From: an uncultured Acidimicrobiaceae bacterium
GTDB taxonomy: Bacteria; Actinomycetota; Acidimicrobiia; Acidimicrobiales; Bog-793
Length of the DNA: 64,000 bases
Direction of reading: 5' to 3'
Assembly (NCBI GenBank): GCA_963804265.1
Contig: CAWDPZ010000005.1
Location: 6,799 to 70,798 of the forward strand
Shown: positions 1 through 9,015 of the stretch, piece by piece
Layout: the number at the start of each line of letters is the position of its first letter
Position numbering within the stretch: the first letter of the stretch is position 1
Program-made: the position numbers and the translations under genes
The notes under the pieces: generated by a model
The model's input: the letters and a program-made list of their open reading frames with translations, nothing else
What the model was told of the DNA's origin: nothing
Databases searched by the model: none

Positions 1-1284
1 AGTGTCGATGTCAGCGGCGATCTGCTCGGCCGTCGCGTCAGGAACGAGTGCTTCTTCTGCAAAGCTGCGCCACTCGGCGACGACTTCCAGCACCTGTTTG
101 ATGACATCGGATGCACCCGGCACCGCAAAGCGGTCGCCGACCTGCATCACATCGCTCCGGGTAATTCCGTTGGCGCGACCATTCACGGCCATCAGATGCT
201 GCCGGGTCCACTTGCTCGATGGTGCGTGGGCGTGCGTCACGTCGTACGCGGGTGATAGTCGCCAAGCTCCAGCTTCCGGAAGCAGGAACGAGAAATTCTT
301 CGTGTGGTCGTCACAGATCGCGGCTGCAACGTTGAAGGTCATGCGGCGAAAGACTTCCTGTCGAGTGTCGGGTCCAAGTCCGAGGCGTTCAAGCAGCAGA
401 AACAACTGTGCGTAGTCGTGAGCACCGATCTGTCTGAAGTCCAAGTGGTTCAAGGCACACAGGGTTTGCGTGTGAATCTTGCGGCCATCGTCGGCGCGAT
501 CAAAGCGACGAGTCATGAAATGCGCTCGACCTCCCTCTTCGAGGAGCCGGCACTCTGTCATCTCGATTCCGGCCGCAAGCGCCATGCGGTGGTAGGCGTA
601 CTCGATCCGGCCGAAGTTGCCGGTCGCTCCGAGGTCGGGGTCTGCGCCAACGCCGTCGAACTTGAGCAGCCATTGCTCGAAGCCAGGATCCGCGGGGACC
701 TGGCCTGAGCGCAGCTCACCGGTTGTCGGGTTGAGCGCGACCACTGCCTTGGCTCGCGCGCCGCCGGCCGAGGTTCCGACCGCGATGAGGTGCTTCAACG
801 CGTCGGTGATGCCGTCCTCGGTACCGATGTCGCCCGCGAGTGCGCTCCTCGCTGCGACGACCAGCTCCGACAGCTCGATCGCGGTCGCCTTGCGTGTTCG
901 CGGGCCGCGCATGGGATGGAACTCAAGTGCTCCGATGCCGCGGCCGGCGAGATACGCAAGACGATCCAGTGGCGTGATGTCCTCGGGGCGGACACCCTCG
1001 TTGGCAAGGTAGGCAGTGGTCAGTGCGTTGCCGAAGTCGTCGGGGAGCGCGTCGGCGATCATCGCTGGCAGTCGGTTGTACGTCTCGACCGGCAGTGTCG
1101 GAAAGACGAACGGCGCCGTCGCCGCAGTTGTGGGCATGTAGAGGGGCGCCAGCTCGACACCGGACGCGACCCATCTGGGTTCGTACTCGAACGCATAGAA
1201 CCCGGACGTGGGGTCGCGTGCGAGCGCACCAACCCGCGCGCCCCAGCATCTGATCTCCACGACGTCGACCGCCTGGTACGGCAT
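1..1284 (-). CDS. hipA: HipA-family serine/threonine kinase toxin (type II TA), C-terminus cut by the window edge
   Basis: My own translation of the minus strand from ATG at 1284 gives an uninterrupted 428-codon frame (MPYQAVDVVEIRCWGARVGAL...GTSAGGARAKAVVALNP...DDHTKNFSFLL...SPAYDVTHAH) with HipA hallmarks. It is absent from the ORF track because no stop lies inside the window. The start shares nt 1284 with the hipB stop (TGATG). Confidence 0.9.
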   Translation of the reverse strand, partial: MPYQAVDVVEIRCWGARVGALARDPTSGFYAFEYEPRWVASGVELAPLYMPTTAATAPFVFPTLPVETYNRLPAMIADALPDDFGNALTTAYLANEGVRPEDITPLDRLAYLAGRGIGALEFHPMRGPRTRKATAIELSELVVAARSALAGDIGTEDGITDALKHLIAVGTSAGGARAKAVVALNPTTGELRSGQVPADPGFEQWLLKFDGVGADPDLGATGNFGRIEYAYHRMALAAGIEMTECRLLEEGGRAHFMTRRFDRADDGRKIHTQTLCALNHLDFRQIGAHDYAQLFLLLERLGLGPDTRQEVFRRMTFNVAAAICDDHTKNFSFLLPEAGAWRLSPAYDVTHAHAPSSKWTRQHLMAVNGRANGITRSDVMQVGDRFAVPGASDVIKQVLEVVAEWRSFAEEALVPDATAEQIAADIDT

Positions 1285-1616
1285 CAGGGGGTAGCTTCCG
1301 GCTTGCGCTTCCGGCTGGCCCGCACTCGTGGCCGCGGTGTCTTCTGCTTGCTACGAAGCAACTGCATCGGCGACACACCCACGGCCGGTGCCAGCGACTC
1401 GATCCAGTCCGTGCGCCCGAGCGCGCGGAGGACGCCGATCAGGGTTCGGAGCGAGGAGCCTTTCCCACGCTCGAGGTTCGAGACGGCTCCGACTGACACG
1501 TCGGCAAGCTCGGCGAGTCGCGCCTGATCCATGCTTCTGGGCGATCCGGACCCGGCGGACTTGGTCGCCGAGGATCGCCTCCCACTGGTCGACGGTTCTA
1601 TAGCTTCGGTCTGCAT
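1284..1616 (-). CDS. hipB: HipB-like XRE-family helix-turn-helix antitoxin
   Basis: 110-aa ORF with an HTH core (QARLAELADVSVGAVSNLERGKGSSLRTLIGVLRALG). It lies immediately upstream of hipA and is translationally coupled to it. Confidence 0.85.
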   Translation of the reverse strand: MQTEAIEPSTSGRRSSATKSAGSGSPRSMDQARLAELADVSVGAVSNLERGKGSSLRTLIGVLRALGRTDWIESLAPAVGVSPMQLLRSKQKTPRPRVRASRKRKPEATP

Positions 1617-1652
1617 CCATAATTCAGCTCATTGATCGAAGAAAATGTGTCT

Positions 1653-1672
1653 ACACGTAGAATACTACGTGT
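1653..1672. promoter_or_regulatory. Perfect 8-4-8 palindrome ACACGTAG-AATA-CTACGTGT, candidate HipB operator
   Basis: Read directly. It lies 37-56 nt upstream of the hipB start, inside a conspicuously AT-rich intergenic stretch (1617-1770). Confidence 0.4.
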
Positions 1673-1686
1673 TAACCGGCTGTCAA

Positions 1687-1742
1687 GTAGATACGGCAAA
1701 AACATAGATATCTGTGTATTAGAGTGGCAGACTGGTATCTAC
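1687..1742. promoter_or_regulatory. Three TAGATA/TATCTA motifs, a second candidate operator set for hipBA
   Basis: The motifs are GTAGATAC at 1687-1694, AGATATCT at 1706-1713 and GTATCTAC at 1735-1742. The outer two are exact reverse complements and the central one is an 8-bp palindrome of the same half-site. Confidence 0.35.
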
Positions 1743-1844
1743 ATCCAAAATTCTAGCTATTCTCCGACGAGGTGGTGATCACCGCAGGGCTGAAGGTCCG
1801 CCGGCAGATCGACCGGCCGGACGGCGCCTCTGCTGTTGCCTGGA

Positions 1845-2381
1845 TCATCGACCTGGGCCGTCCTCAAGGTCTGCGAGTGTCCTCCCGACTTCGTTCGTCA
1901 GGAGATACAAGTCAAGACAGGCCGGGTCCGATGGGTCGAAGGGATGAAATCCGAGTCGTTCCCACCACGAGCGTGCCTGCTCATGGAGCGCCACCACGAC
2001 AACCGCCTTGCAAGCAGCTTTCGCATTGATCTCGAGCGCAGTGGCGAGCACGTGAGCGACGAGGGCCGTGCCAATCCCGAGTCCGGTATGGCGATGGTCG
2101 ACCGCGAGGCGGCCGAGCAGGAGTGCGGGGACAGGTTGAGGCGACTGTTTCGCCATTGACGAAGGTGCGGTTGAGAGGTCCACACCCGTCATGGACAGGG
2201 ACGCGTACGCGACCACCGCGTCATCCTCGTCTGTGATGACCCACGTGGCGGCAGTATTCCCGCGACGGTTCTGTCCGGCGTATCGGCGCAACCAGTCGTC
2301 GAGCGTCGGGTCGCCGCAAGTGAAGTCGCCTCGGTTGTGCCGTGCTGTGTCCAGCAGCTCCGGCCGCCGAAGTTCAGTCAA
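1845..2381 (-). CDS. GNAT-family acetyltransferase toxin (TacT/KacT/AtaT-like)
   Basis: 178-aa ORF with a GNAT core (LLLGRLAVDHRHTGLGIGTALVAHVL...ERLGF). It overlaps the upstream DUF1778 gene by 8 nt. Confidence 0.85.
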   Translation of the reverse strand: MTELRRPELLDTARHNRGDFTCGDPTLDDWLRRYAGQNRRGNTAATWVITDEDDAVVAYASLSMTGVDLSTAPSSMAKQSPQPVPALLLGRLAVDHRHTGLGIGTALVAHVLATALEINAKAACKAVVVVALHEQARSWWERLGFHPFDPSDPACLDLYLLTNEVGRTLADLEDGPGR

Positions 2382-2652
2382 TCCAGGCGAACTTCCGTGG
2401 CCGCCTCAGGGCGCTCGCGAGCCGCTCGTTGACCTGGGCAGGGTGGTCGAGCGCCTCGGCGAACACTTTGGCGGCGCTCGAGGAAAGGCGCACGGCGTCC
2501 CGATCCAACAGGACTTCGTCCGCCCGCATCTCCGCAGCCTGCAGGACAAAAGCAGAGATCGTTAGATGGGAGGTCTCCGCCGCCTCCTCGAGAACCCGCT
2601 TGCGCTCGGGAGCGACCCTGATCTGAAGCCGGTCGTCCTTTGTCGTACTCAT
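2374..2652 (-). CDS. DUF1778 (TacA/KacA-like RHH) antitoxin
   Basis: 92-aa ORF (DDRLQIRVAPERKRVLEEAAETSHLTISAFVLQAA) typical of DUF1778 antitoxins paired with GNAT toxins. Confidence 0.85.
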   Translation of the reverse strand: MSTTKDDRLQIRVAPERKRVLEEAAETSHLTISAFVLQAAEMRADEVLLDRDAVRLSSSAAKVFAEALDHPAQVNERLASALRRPRKFAWID

Positions 2653-3134
2653 GTACTCACAATGGCAGTACGGAACGTGGATGTCAAGTGCGGGGGTACC
2701 TCGCCCGCGGAGAGCGAGCCCGACGTCGACGACGTCACCTACTGGGCGGGCTCCTCACCCACGGTCGACCAGGACGGTGCGATTCGCCACGCCGATTTCG
2801 TAGGCGCGCATATCCGCCATCTACTCCGCCAAAGATGCTCGTCTGGGAATGGCGCGAGACCTCGGAGGCAGCGGCGCGAGACGGACGGCCCGTCACGATA
2901 GAGGATGGCGCGAGCCACTGTCGGTTTCGGTGACGGGTAAGTACACGGTGTCGAGACGCGACGAGAACGTCTCGTGCGGATCAGGCCAGTCGTCACAAGG
3001 TGCTTTGCCTTGTTCGATTCCTTTGCCACCGCCTAAGGTTCCGTGCCTGGGAGCATCTCCGCGCTGGTTGCCCCGCCGAAATCAGGGCGTTGGGATCGAC
3101 ACTGGTTCGCGCGTCCCCATTAAGGAGTTACGAC

Positions 3135-4220
3135 ATGTCACGCCGGGCCCCCCGGAAGATCGGTATCTTGACCTCTGGCGGAGATTGTGCCGGCCTCAAT
3201 ACTGCCATCGCCTCGATCGTCAATTCTGGGCTGCCCCTCGGCTACACATTTCTCGGCTTCGAGAAGGGCTGGGAAGGACTCCTGGATCCGATCATGTGCC
3301 GTGAACTTGACGCGAACACGGTGCGTGGCATCAATCACCTCGGTGGGACGATCCTGCGGACGACCAATCAAGGTCGTTTCGCCGGCAAAATCGGCGGTAA
3401 AGGTGGCCGCAACAGCATCCCGGCCGGCACCTTGAAGATGGCTCGCGACAACTTGGCCAAACTAGGCGTGGAAGGCCTCATCGTCATTGGTGGCGACGGA
3501 ACCCTCTCTGCTGCGATGCAATTAGCAGACTCGGGCGTGCCGATCGTCGGTGTGCCCAAGTCGGTAGACAACGACCTTTCCGGCACTGACGCCACCTTCG
3601 GGTTCAGCACCGCCGTCTCCGTGGCCGTTGAAGCTATGGACAAGATCCACACGACCGCCTCCAGCCACGAGCGGATCTTCTTGGTGGAGTGCATGGGCCG
3701 CCACGCCGGCTGGATCACGCTGCATGCGGGATTGGCAGGTAACGCCAACGCCATCTTGTTGCCGGAGTTCTACCTTGACATCGACGGGCTCATTGAGTTC
3801 CTGGAACGTCGCAACAAGACCATGCACTCGTCTGTCATTGCTGTGGCGGAGGGACTGGATCTCGGTCAAGGACCTCTGAGCGTAGGCATAAGAAGCAGTG
3901 AGGTGAAGTTGCATGGCGTAGCTGACACGCTGATGAACACCATAGAGGAAAAGGTGCCGGGTGTGTTCGAGCTCCGAACGGTAGTGCTGGGCCATACCCA
4001 ACGCGGAGGCGCACCAATTGCTGCTGACCGCTTGCTGGCCAAACGCTTCGGGGTGGCGGCAATCGAAGCTTATGATGCCGGCAAGTTCGGCATGATGGTC
4101 AGGCTGACGGGACATACTGTCGGCCTCACGACCTTGAAGCGCGCCAGAGGCCTGAAGCTCGTTGGCCGGGACGACCCCTGTTATCAGACTGCTCGTAAAC
4201 TCGGCGTCTATCTCAATTGA
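3135..4220 (+). CDS. pfkA: 6-phosphofructokinase (PfkA family; ATP or PPi dependence not decidable)
   Basis: The sequence reads KIGILTSGGDCAGLNTAI...IVIGGDGT...VGVPKSVDNDL...ECMGRHAGW...LGHTQRGG. ATG at 3135 is preceded by AAGGAG (3122-3127). The gene looks lower in GC than most of the window. Confidence 0.9.
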   Translation: MSRRAPRKIGILTSGGDCAGLNTAIASIVNSGLPLGYTFLGFEKGWEGLLDPIMCRELDANTVRGINHLGGTILRTTNQGRFAGKIGGKGGRNSIPAGTLKMARDNLAKLGVEGLIVIGGDGTLSAAMQLADSGVPIVGVPKSVDNDLSGTDATFGFSTAVSVAVEAMDKIHTTASSHERIFLVECMGRHAGWITLHAGLAGNANAILLPEFYLDIDGLIEFLERRNKTMHSSVIAVAEGLDLGQGPLSVGIRSSEVKLHGVADTLMNTIEEKVPGVFELRTVVLGHTQRGGAPIAADRLLAKRFGVAAIEAYDAGKFGMMVRLTGHTVGLTTLKRARGLKLVGRDDPCYQTARKLGVYLN

Positions 4221-4230
4221 GACGCCGATT
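4201..4230 (+). terminator. Hairpin TCGGCGTCT-N10-AGACGCCGA followed by TT, spanning the pfk stop codon
   Basis: 9-bp perfect inverted repeat (4201-4209 / 4220-4228), read directly. The T tract is weak. Confidence 0.35.
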
Positions 4231-4281
4231 CCCGGCGAACAGCTCTGGGCCGTGTGGCGGCCCCGCCGCACCAGGGAGGCC

Positions 4282-4668
4282 TCATAAGGTCGTCTGTGGA
4301 CTGTGACCTCCGCCGCTGTCGGCGCTCGTCGAACGATCGGCGGCGTGAGCCTGTTCGGCGAGTTGCTTGATCGTTCGAAGTCGGCGGTCCCAACGGTTGG
4401 CGACCTCGGACAGCGCCCCGGTCGCTTCGGCTAGGCGCTGTTCGCGGACTTCGTAGCGGACCTCGCGGCCTTGTCGGTGTCCATCGACAAGGCCGACTCG
4501 CTGCAGGATCAGGAGATGTTTGGAGATCGCTTGTCGACTGACGGGCATCTCCGCCGTGAGGGTTGTCGCCGTGGCGTGACCCTGCGCCACGAGGAGGTCG
4601 AGCAGCTTCCGGCGCGTCGGATCGGCCATCGCTTCCCAGAGGTCGTCGTCATCGGACGAGGGTTTCAT
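4282..4668 (-). CDS. ArsR/SmtB-family transcriptional regulator
   Basis: 128 aa from ATG at 4668 (MADPTRRKLLDLLVAQGHATATTLTAEMPVSRQAISKHLLILQRVGLV). The ATGA overlaps the upstream SRPBCC gene stop. Confidence 0.85.
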   Translation of the reverse strand: MKPSSDDDDLWEAMADPTRRKLLDLLVAQGHATATTLTAEMPVSRQAISKHLLILQRVGLVDGHRQGREVRYEVREQRLAEATGALSEVANRWDRRLRTIKQLAEQAHAADRSTSADSGGGHSPQTTL

Positions 4669-5133
4669 GGTGACGATGCGTGTCCCGAGGCAAAGAGGGC
4701 CCGCAAGCGGTCTCCCTGGACCTGCCAGCCGTGACGGTGCTGTTCGAGGAACTTCTGTTTCTCGTCGTCGCCTATGTCCATTTGCTCGAGGCCGGACTCG
4801 ACGACGCGCAGTCGGGTCCGCTCCTCGCCGTCGGCGACGAGCGTGAACGTGACGAGCGTCGAGTTGGCTTCCGTCGCGTGCTCGCCGGGCGGATACACCC
4901 AACGATAAGAGAAACGGTGCGGACGATCGGCGGCGACGACCGTGATCCCGACGATGTTGGGGGCGTCCGTGTCTGCCCGGAAGGTGAGCGATCCGACTGC
5001 GCCGGGTCGCGGCTTCGAGGTCTGCCGCATCGCTGAACCACGTGCGGATCAGTTGCGGTTCGGTGATCGTGCGCCACACGACCTCCACCGGGGCTTCGAT
5101 CTCGATGTCGCGTTCGATCGTGTAGTCGTCCAT
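4665..5133 (-). pseudogene. SRPBCC/AHSA1-domain protein, one frame disruption (pseudogene or consensus error)
   Basis: The N-terminus MDDYTIERDIEIEAPVEVVWRTITEPQLIRTWFSDAADLEA (5133 frame) continues as PGAVGSLTFRADTDAPNIVG...GWQVQGDRLRALFA in the 4665..5030 frame. The junction is near 5005. Confidence 0.75.
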
Positions 5134-5237
5134 CGGCCCAGTCTCGTACAGAGGTCGGGTTCAGCGCTGCCCGGCGATGTTCTTCCGCGCATCGACGCTG
5201 AACCCGACGCAAGGCGGGTACGGAGGTGTCGTCCGCA

Positions 5238-5721
5238 TCACTCCGAGGTGTCGCGCGGCTCGTTCGGCCGGCCGCTTCCGGTCTCGAGGAACTGGCGCAG
5301 GCTGGGCATGAAGTGGTTCCAGCCGGCTCGGCACTGGTCGAAGCAAGCGAAGCGCGGGCCGCAGCCCGACGTGGCGGAACCCGACGGCGTGGGTTCCGTC
5401 GTCGTTCGCCCGCACCGAGAACGAGGGCCTCGTGCCGACCCAGTCCGGCTCGACACATGCGGTGACGGCCCAGGCGACTTCGCCTGTTCCCGGAGAGTGC
5501 TCGACCGTGAAGTCGACGAAGGAGGCGTCGCCGCCTGCGAAGAGTCGCACCTCGTCGCCGTGACGTTCGGAACGGGTCGCAGCGGTCCACCAACGGCTGA
5601 TCACGGCGTCATCGGTCAGGGCCGCGAGGATCTGGGGCAGCGGAACGTCCACCTGCATGCCATAGGTGTAGTCGTCTGACGCTGCCGTGGCCGGAGGGGT
5701 GGAAGGCAAAGGTGTGGTCAT
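5238..5721 (-). pseudogene. Second SRPBCC/AHSA1-domain protein, one frame disruption
   Basis: ATG at 5721 has an AAGGAGAG RBS. The sequence MTTPLP...ILAALTDDAVISRWW...GFRHVGL then switches (near 5350-5360) to the 5238..5456 frame (FACFDQCRAGWNHFMPSLRQFLETG). Confidence 0.7.
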
Positions 5722-5762
5722 GGTCTCTCCTTGTTCGAGCCGCCGGGGCGTTCCCGGGACGT

Positions 5763-5809
5763 GCAACTAATCATTGCACGTTTCTCCGGGACGCGCAACC
5801 ATTAGTTGC
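5763..5809. promoter_or_regulatory. Inverted repeat GCAACTAAT-N29-ATTAGTTGC upstream of the SRPBCC-SRPBCC-ArsR operon
   Basis: 9-bp perfect arms at 5763-5771 and 5801-5809, AT-rich against the GC-rich background. It could be an ArsR-type operator or the terminator of the convergently ending FtsX gene. Confidence 0.3.
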
Positions 5810-5846
5810 GTATTGCTGCCGCGGCTCGAGCCGTCGGGCGGGACTC

Positions 5847-8383
5847 CTAGGCCTCCCGCAGCACCTCGGCGGGGTGACGACGGGATGCGATGGCAGCCGG
5901 CACGATCGCGAGCAGGTTGGCGAACGCGACCACACCTACCGCCAATAGGGCGACGATCGCGGCCGGGACCACCGCCACCGGTACGGCGCCGAGGTTCAAG
6001 ATGAACGGGTTCCAGATGCCGGCGCCGACGGCGAGCCCGGTCGGCACGCCGAGGCCGATCCCGATCAGGGCGACCGTCGTCGCCTGCCAGCACACCGCCG
6101 TGCCGACCTGGATGCGCACGAAGCCCAACACCTTGAGGAGAGCAATCTCACGTCTGCGTCGTACGACGCTCACGAGGAGGAGGTGCGCGAGGGTGGCCGC
6201 TCCGAACAGGGCGAGCATGACGCCGAGGAAGGCCGGGAAGTTGACGGCCTGGCCGAAGTTCACGAGGTTGACCGGCACGGTGAGCACACTCAGGTTCTGG
6301 GCGAGTTGCCGCTCGAGCGTCGCCTTGGCGGCTCTCCCCGCCGCGTCCGGGGCAGTCGCGATCGCCATGCCCCAGTTCGCATAGCCCGCGAGACCGGAGC
6401 TTCGCGAAGAGGCTCTTGATGCACGGCCCCGAGGCCGGACCCGTCGGACATGCAGCGACCGCTGCCGCGTGGAGTGGGAGCACGGCTCCGACGCCGATAC
6501 CGCCGGGACTGAGGTTGGGCGGAAACGCCATGGAACCGACGACGGTGAACTCACTCGTGCGCGAATTGCCCGACGGCCCGATCACCGACAGCGAGACCCT
6601 GGAGCCGACGTGGGCGTGCGCGGAAGACAGTGTCTGGGTTCCGAGGGCGATCTCCCCGTCGCCGCGCGGGTAGCGCCCGTCGATGAGGGAGAAGACCAGG
6701 GGCCCCTTGCCCACCTCCACGAACGTCGCCTGCACAGGGGAACCGTTGACGTTGACGTACTTGCCGTTGATCCCGTAGGTGATCCTCGTCACGGCGGGGT
6801 CCGAGGCGAACTTTGTCACCACTCCTGTGACCTGCCGGTACGTCATGCCGCCCACGTCCACCTGCCAGCCGAGCCCGTAGAGCCTCGGCGTGGCCAGCAG
6901 GTTGGACAGGCTCGCACCGAATACGGTCGTCGCCACGAGGGCGGCGACGGCGACGACCGCGCCCGCGAGCGCGGTCGCAACCGGCACGCTCGAACGCCCC
7001 CGTCCCCGCTCGAGGGCATGGCGTGTCCCGATCAGGATGCTCGGCGGGGCGCCGGTCTCGGCGAGTGCCCGGACGACCCGTCGAAGGGCCGTGGACGGCG
7101 GGTCGGTCATCGCTGCGCAGCGTTGCGCGCACCCGGGAGTCTCGCCACGAAGGGTAGGCGGCGAGCAGCAGGACGACGGCGACAATCGCCACCGTGCCGA
7201 GGCCGAAGACGAGCGTGTCGAAGAGGAAGCCCTCGGTCGGCTCGGCCGCGCGGGCCTCGCCCACCGGCGTCAGCGGCGAGACCGCGACGGCGAAGGCGAG
7301 CGCGCCGAGCATGCCTGTCACCCCGATCACCGCCGCGGAACACACCGAGACCGAAGAGCTGGGCCGGACGAAAGCCGAGCGCCGAGAGCGTCGGATACAT
7401 CTCGCGCTCGACGATGCTTTGGCGCGACAGCGCCTGGCCAACCAAGGCGATCCCCGCCAGCCCCGCCAGAAAGGGCGAAGAGCCACCACCCGATGGCCTG
7501 GGGACGGATCGACCCTTCAATGGCGGTGATCTGGGCGTCCTCGCTCTGGGGGTAGACGAAGTTGCCACCGGAAAGAGGGATGTGGTTGACGGCGTAGGTG
7601 AAGCGCGGAAGGTCGGCTGCGCCGTGGACGAGGCGCACCATCGCGAGGGAACCGGTGACGACGGTGCGCCCGAGCGTGCGGTCGAAAGCTGGGCTCGTGA
7701 AAATCGAGAAGCTGGGGCTGCTCGAGGGAAAGTCGAGCATGCTCGTCTCGAAGCCCACGATGCGAAAGCTGACGAGGGGGCCGTGCGGTGTCGGTGTTCC
7801 GTTGCTGGCGTAGACGGCCTGGCGCTGGGAAGGCGCGTAGAGGGGCACGGTGACGACTGACCCGAGATGGAGGCCGAACTGCTGCTGCATCGAGAAGCCC
7901 GCGAGCGCCTCGAACCGACCGACCGGCAGCCGTCCACCGATCAGCTTGACTATCTCGGCCCGTCGAGGCGCGGGAAGGCTCGAAGACACCGAGGTCGTTC
8001 CCGGGTAGAAATTGCCCGTTCACGACCACATTGCCGTTTGCATAGAAGGTGCTGGTCGACATCGATCGCACGTCGCCCATGTGGGCGATGCTCCCCGGGA
8101 TCGAGGGGGTCGAGGAGAAGAGGCCGGCGTCGAAGCCGTAGCGCGAGACGAACTGAGGAAACGCCGACGAGGTCCGCCGTGCCGCGGACACACCGGCGAG
8201 CACGGTTCCGCCCACGAGCGCAATCAGAACCGCCAAGCGCGACCCATGCCCCGAGCCGACGGCGAACTTCGGTGCGAAACACGATCCGGATGCACCGCAT
8301 CTGGCCACCCCCGCACCCAAGTATGTCTGCTGCATCGGTTGTCGGGCAGTGTGGTAACGCCGAGAACTCGGTCGTGCTAGCAC
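5847..8383 (-). pseudogene. Large double-FtsX-domain ABC transporter permease (about 830-845 aa), at least 5 frame disruptions
   Basis: The protein can be followed through ORF-track pieces 7517..8383, 7327..7989, 7107..7937, 6551..7489, 6148..7185 and 5847..6554. Junctions lie near 7980, 7470, 7340, 7125 and 6410. The C-terminal FtsX motif is EIALLKVLGF. An alternative start is ATG at 8335. No partner ATPase gene is adjacent. Confidence 0.75.
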
Positions 8384-8508
8384 GACCGGCTCAGCGCTTC
8401 GGCCCCGCCGGCCCCGGGCGCGTCAGCGCTGAGAAGCTCAGCCCGTCCTGGCTTCGGCTCGCGGGAGTAGGGCTCAGGCGCGTCAGCTCCGGTGCCGATA
8501 TGTAGGAC

Positions 8509-8943
8509 ATGCGGCTCCCTTCTGGAATCTCGGCACTCGGTCTCGTCGCCTTGCTCGTCGCGGCCGGTATGAGCGCTCGCCCGGTCGCTGGTGCCGCGCC
8601 CAGCACAGCTTCGACCGCCGCCACTCTCCAAGCCACGAGCTCCTACGTCGGCGTCGAATGCGTTGGGACCGGGGCCGGAGGCTTCCGGGCCTTTCCCCAC
8701 CCGCCCGGCACTGGGGCGGTCAGGCACCGCCATCGCCATGCCGGCTTGGGCAACCTCGCCGTCGCGGTACCGCCGATGGTCTTCATCCGCCGGCACGGCG
8801 AGCAGCTGTTCGTCAGCACCAACACAGGAGAGCCGCCTGGAGCAGGGGACATCTTCTACTACGTCGGGCACGGCGGCTACGGCGTCAGCAAGTCCCTGCG
8901 CGACCGGATATTGCGGGACTGCTCGGCCACGGGGCATCGCTGA
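8509..8943 (+). CDS. Hypothetical small secreted protein
   Basis: 144-aa ORF with a signal-peptide-like N-terminus (MRLPSGISALGLVALLVAAGMSARPVAGAAP). I recognise no family, and the RBS is weak. Confidence 0.35.
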   Translation: MRLPSGISALGLVALLVAAGMSARPVAGAAPSTASTAATLQATSSYVGVECVGTGAGGFRAFPHPPGTGAVRHRHRHAGLGNLAVAVPPMVFIRRHGEQLFVSTNTGEPPGAGDIFYYVGHGGYGVSKSLRDRILRDCSATGHR

Positions 8944-9015
8944 GCCCGGACGAGCCGGTGGGCATGCCCACCGGAGTGCAGGATCACTCCTGAGCCTCGG
9001 CGGTCCAGAGGCCCT

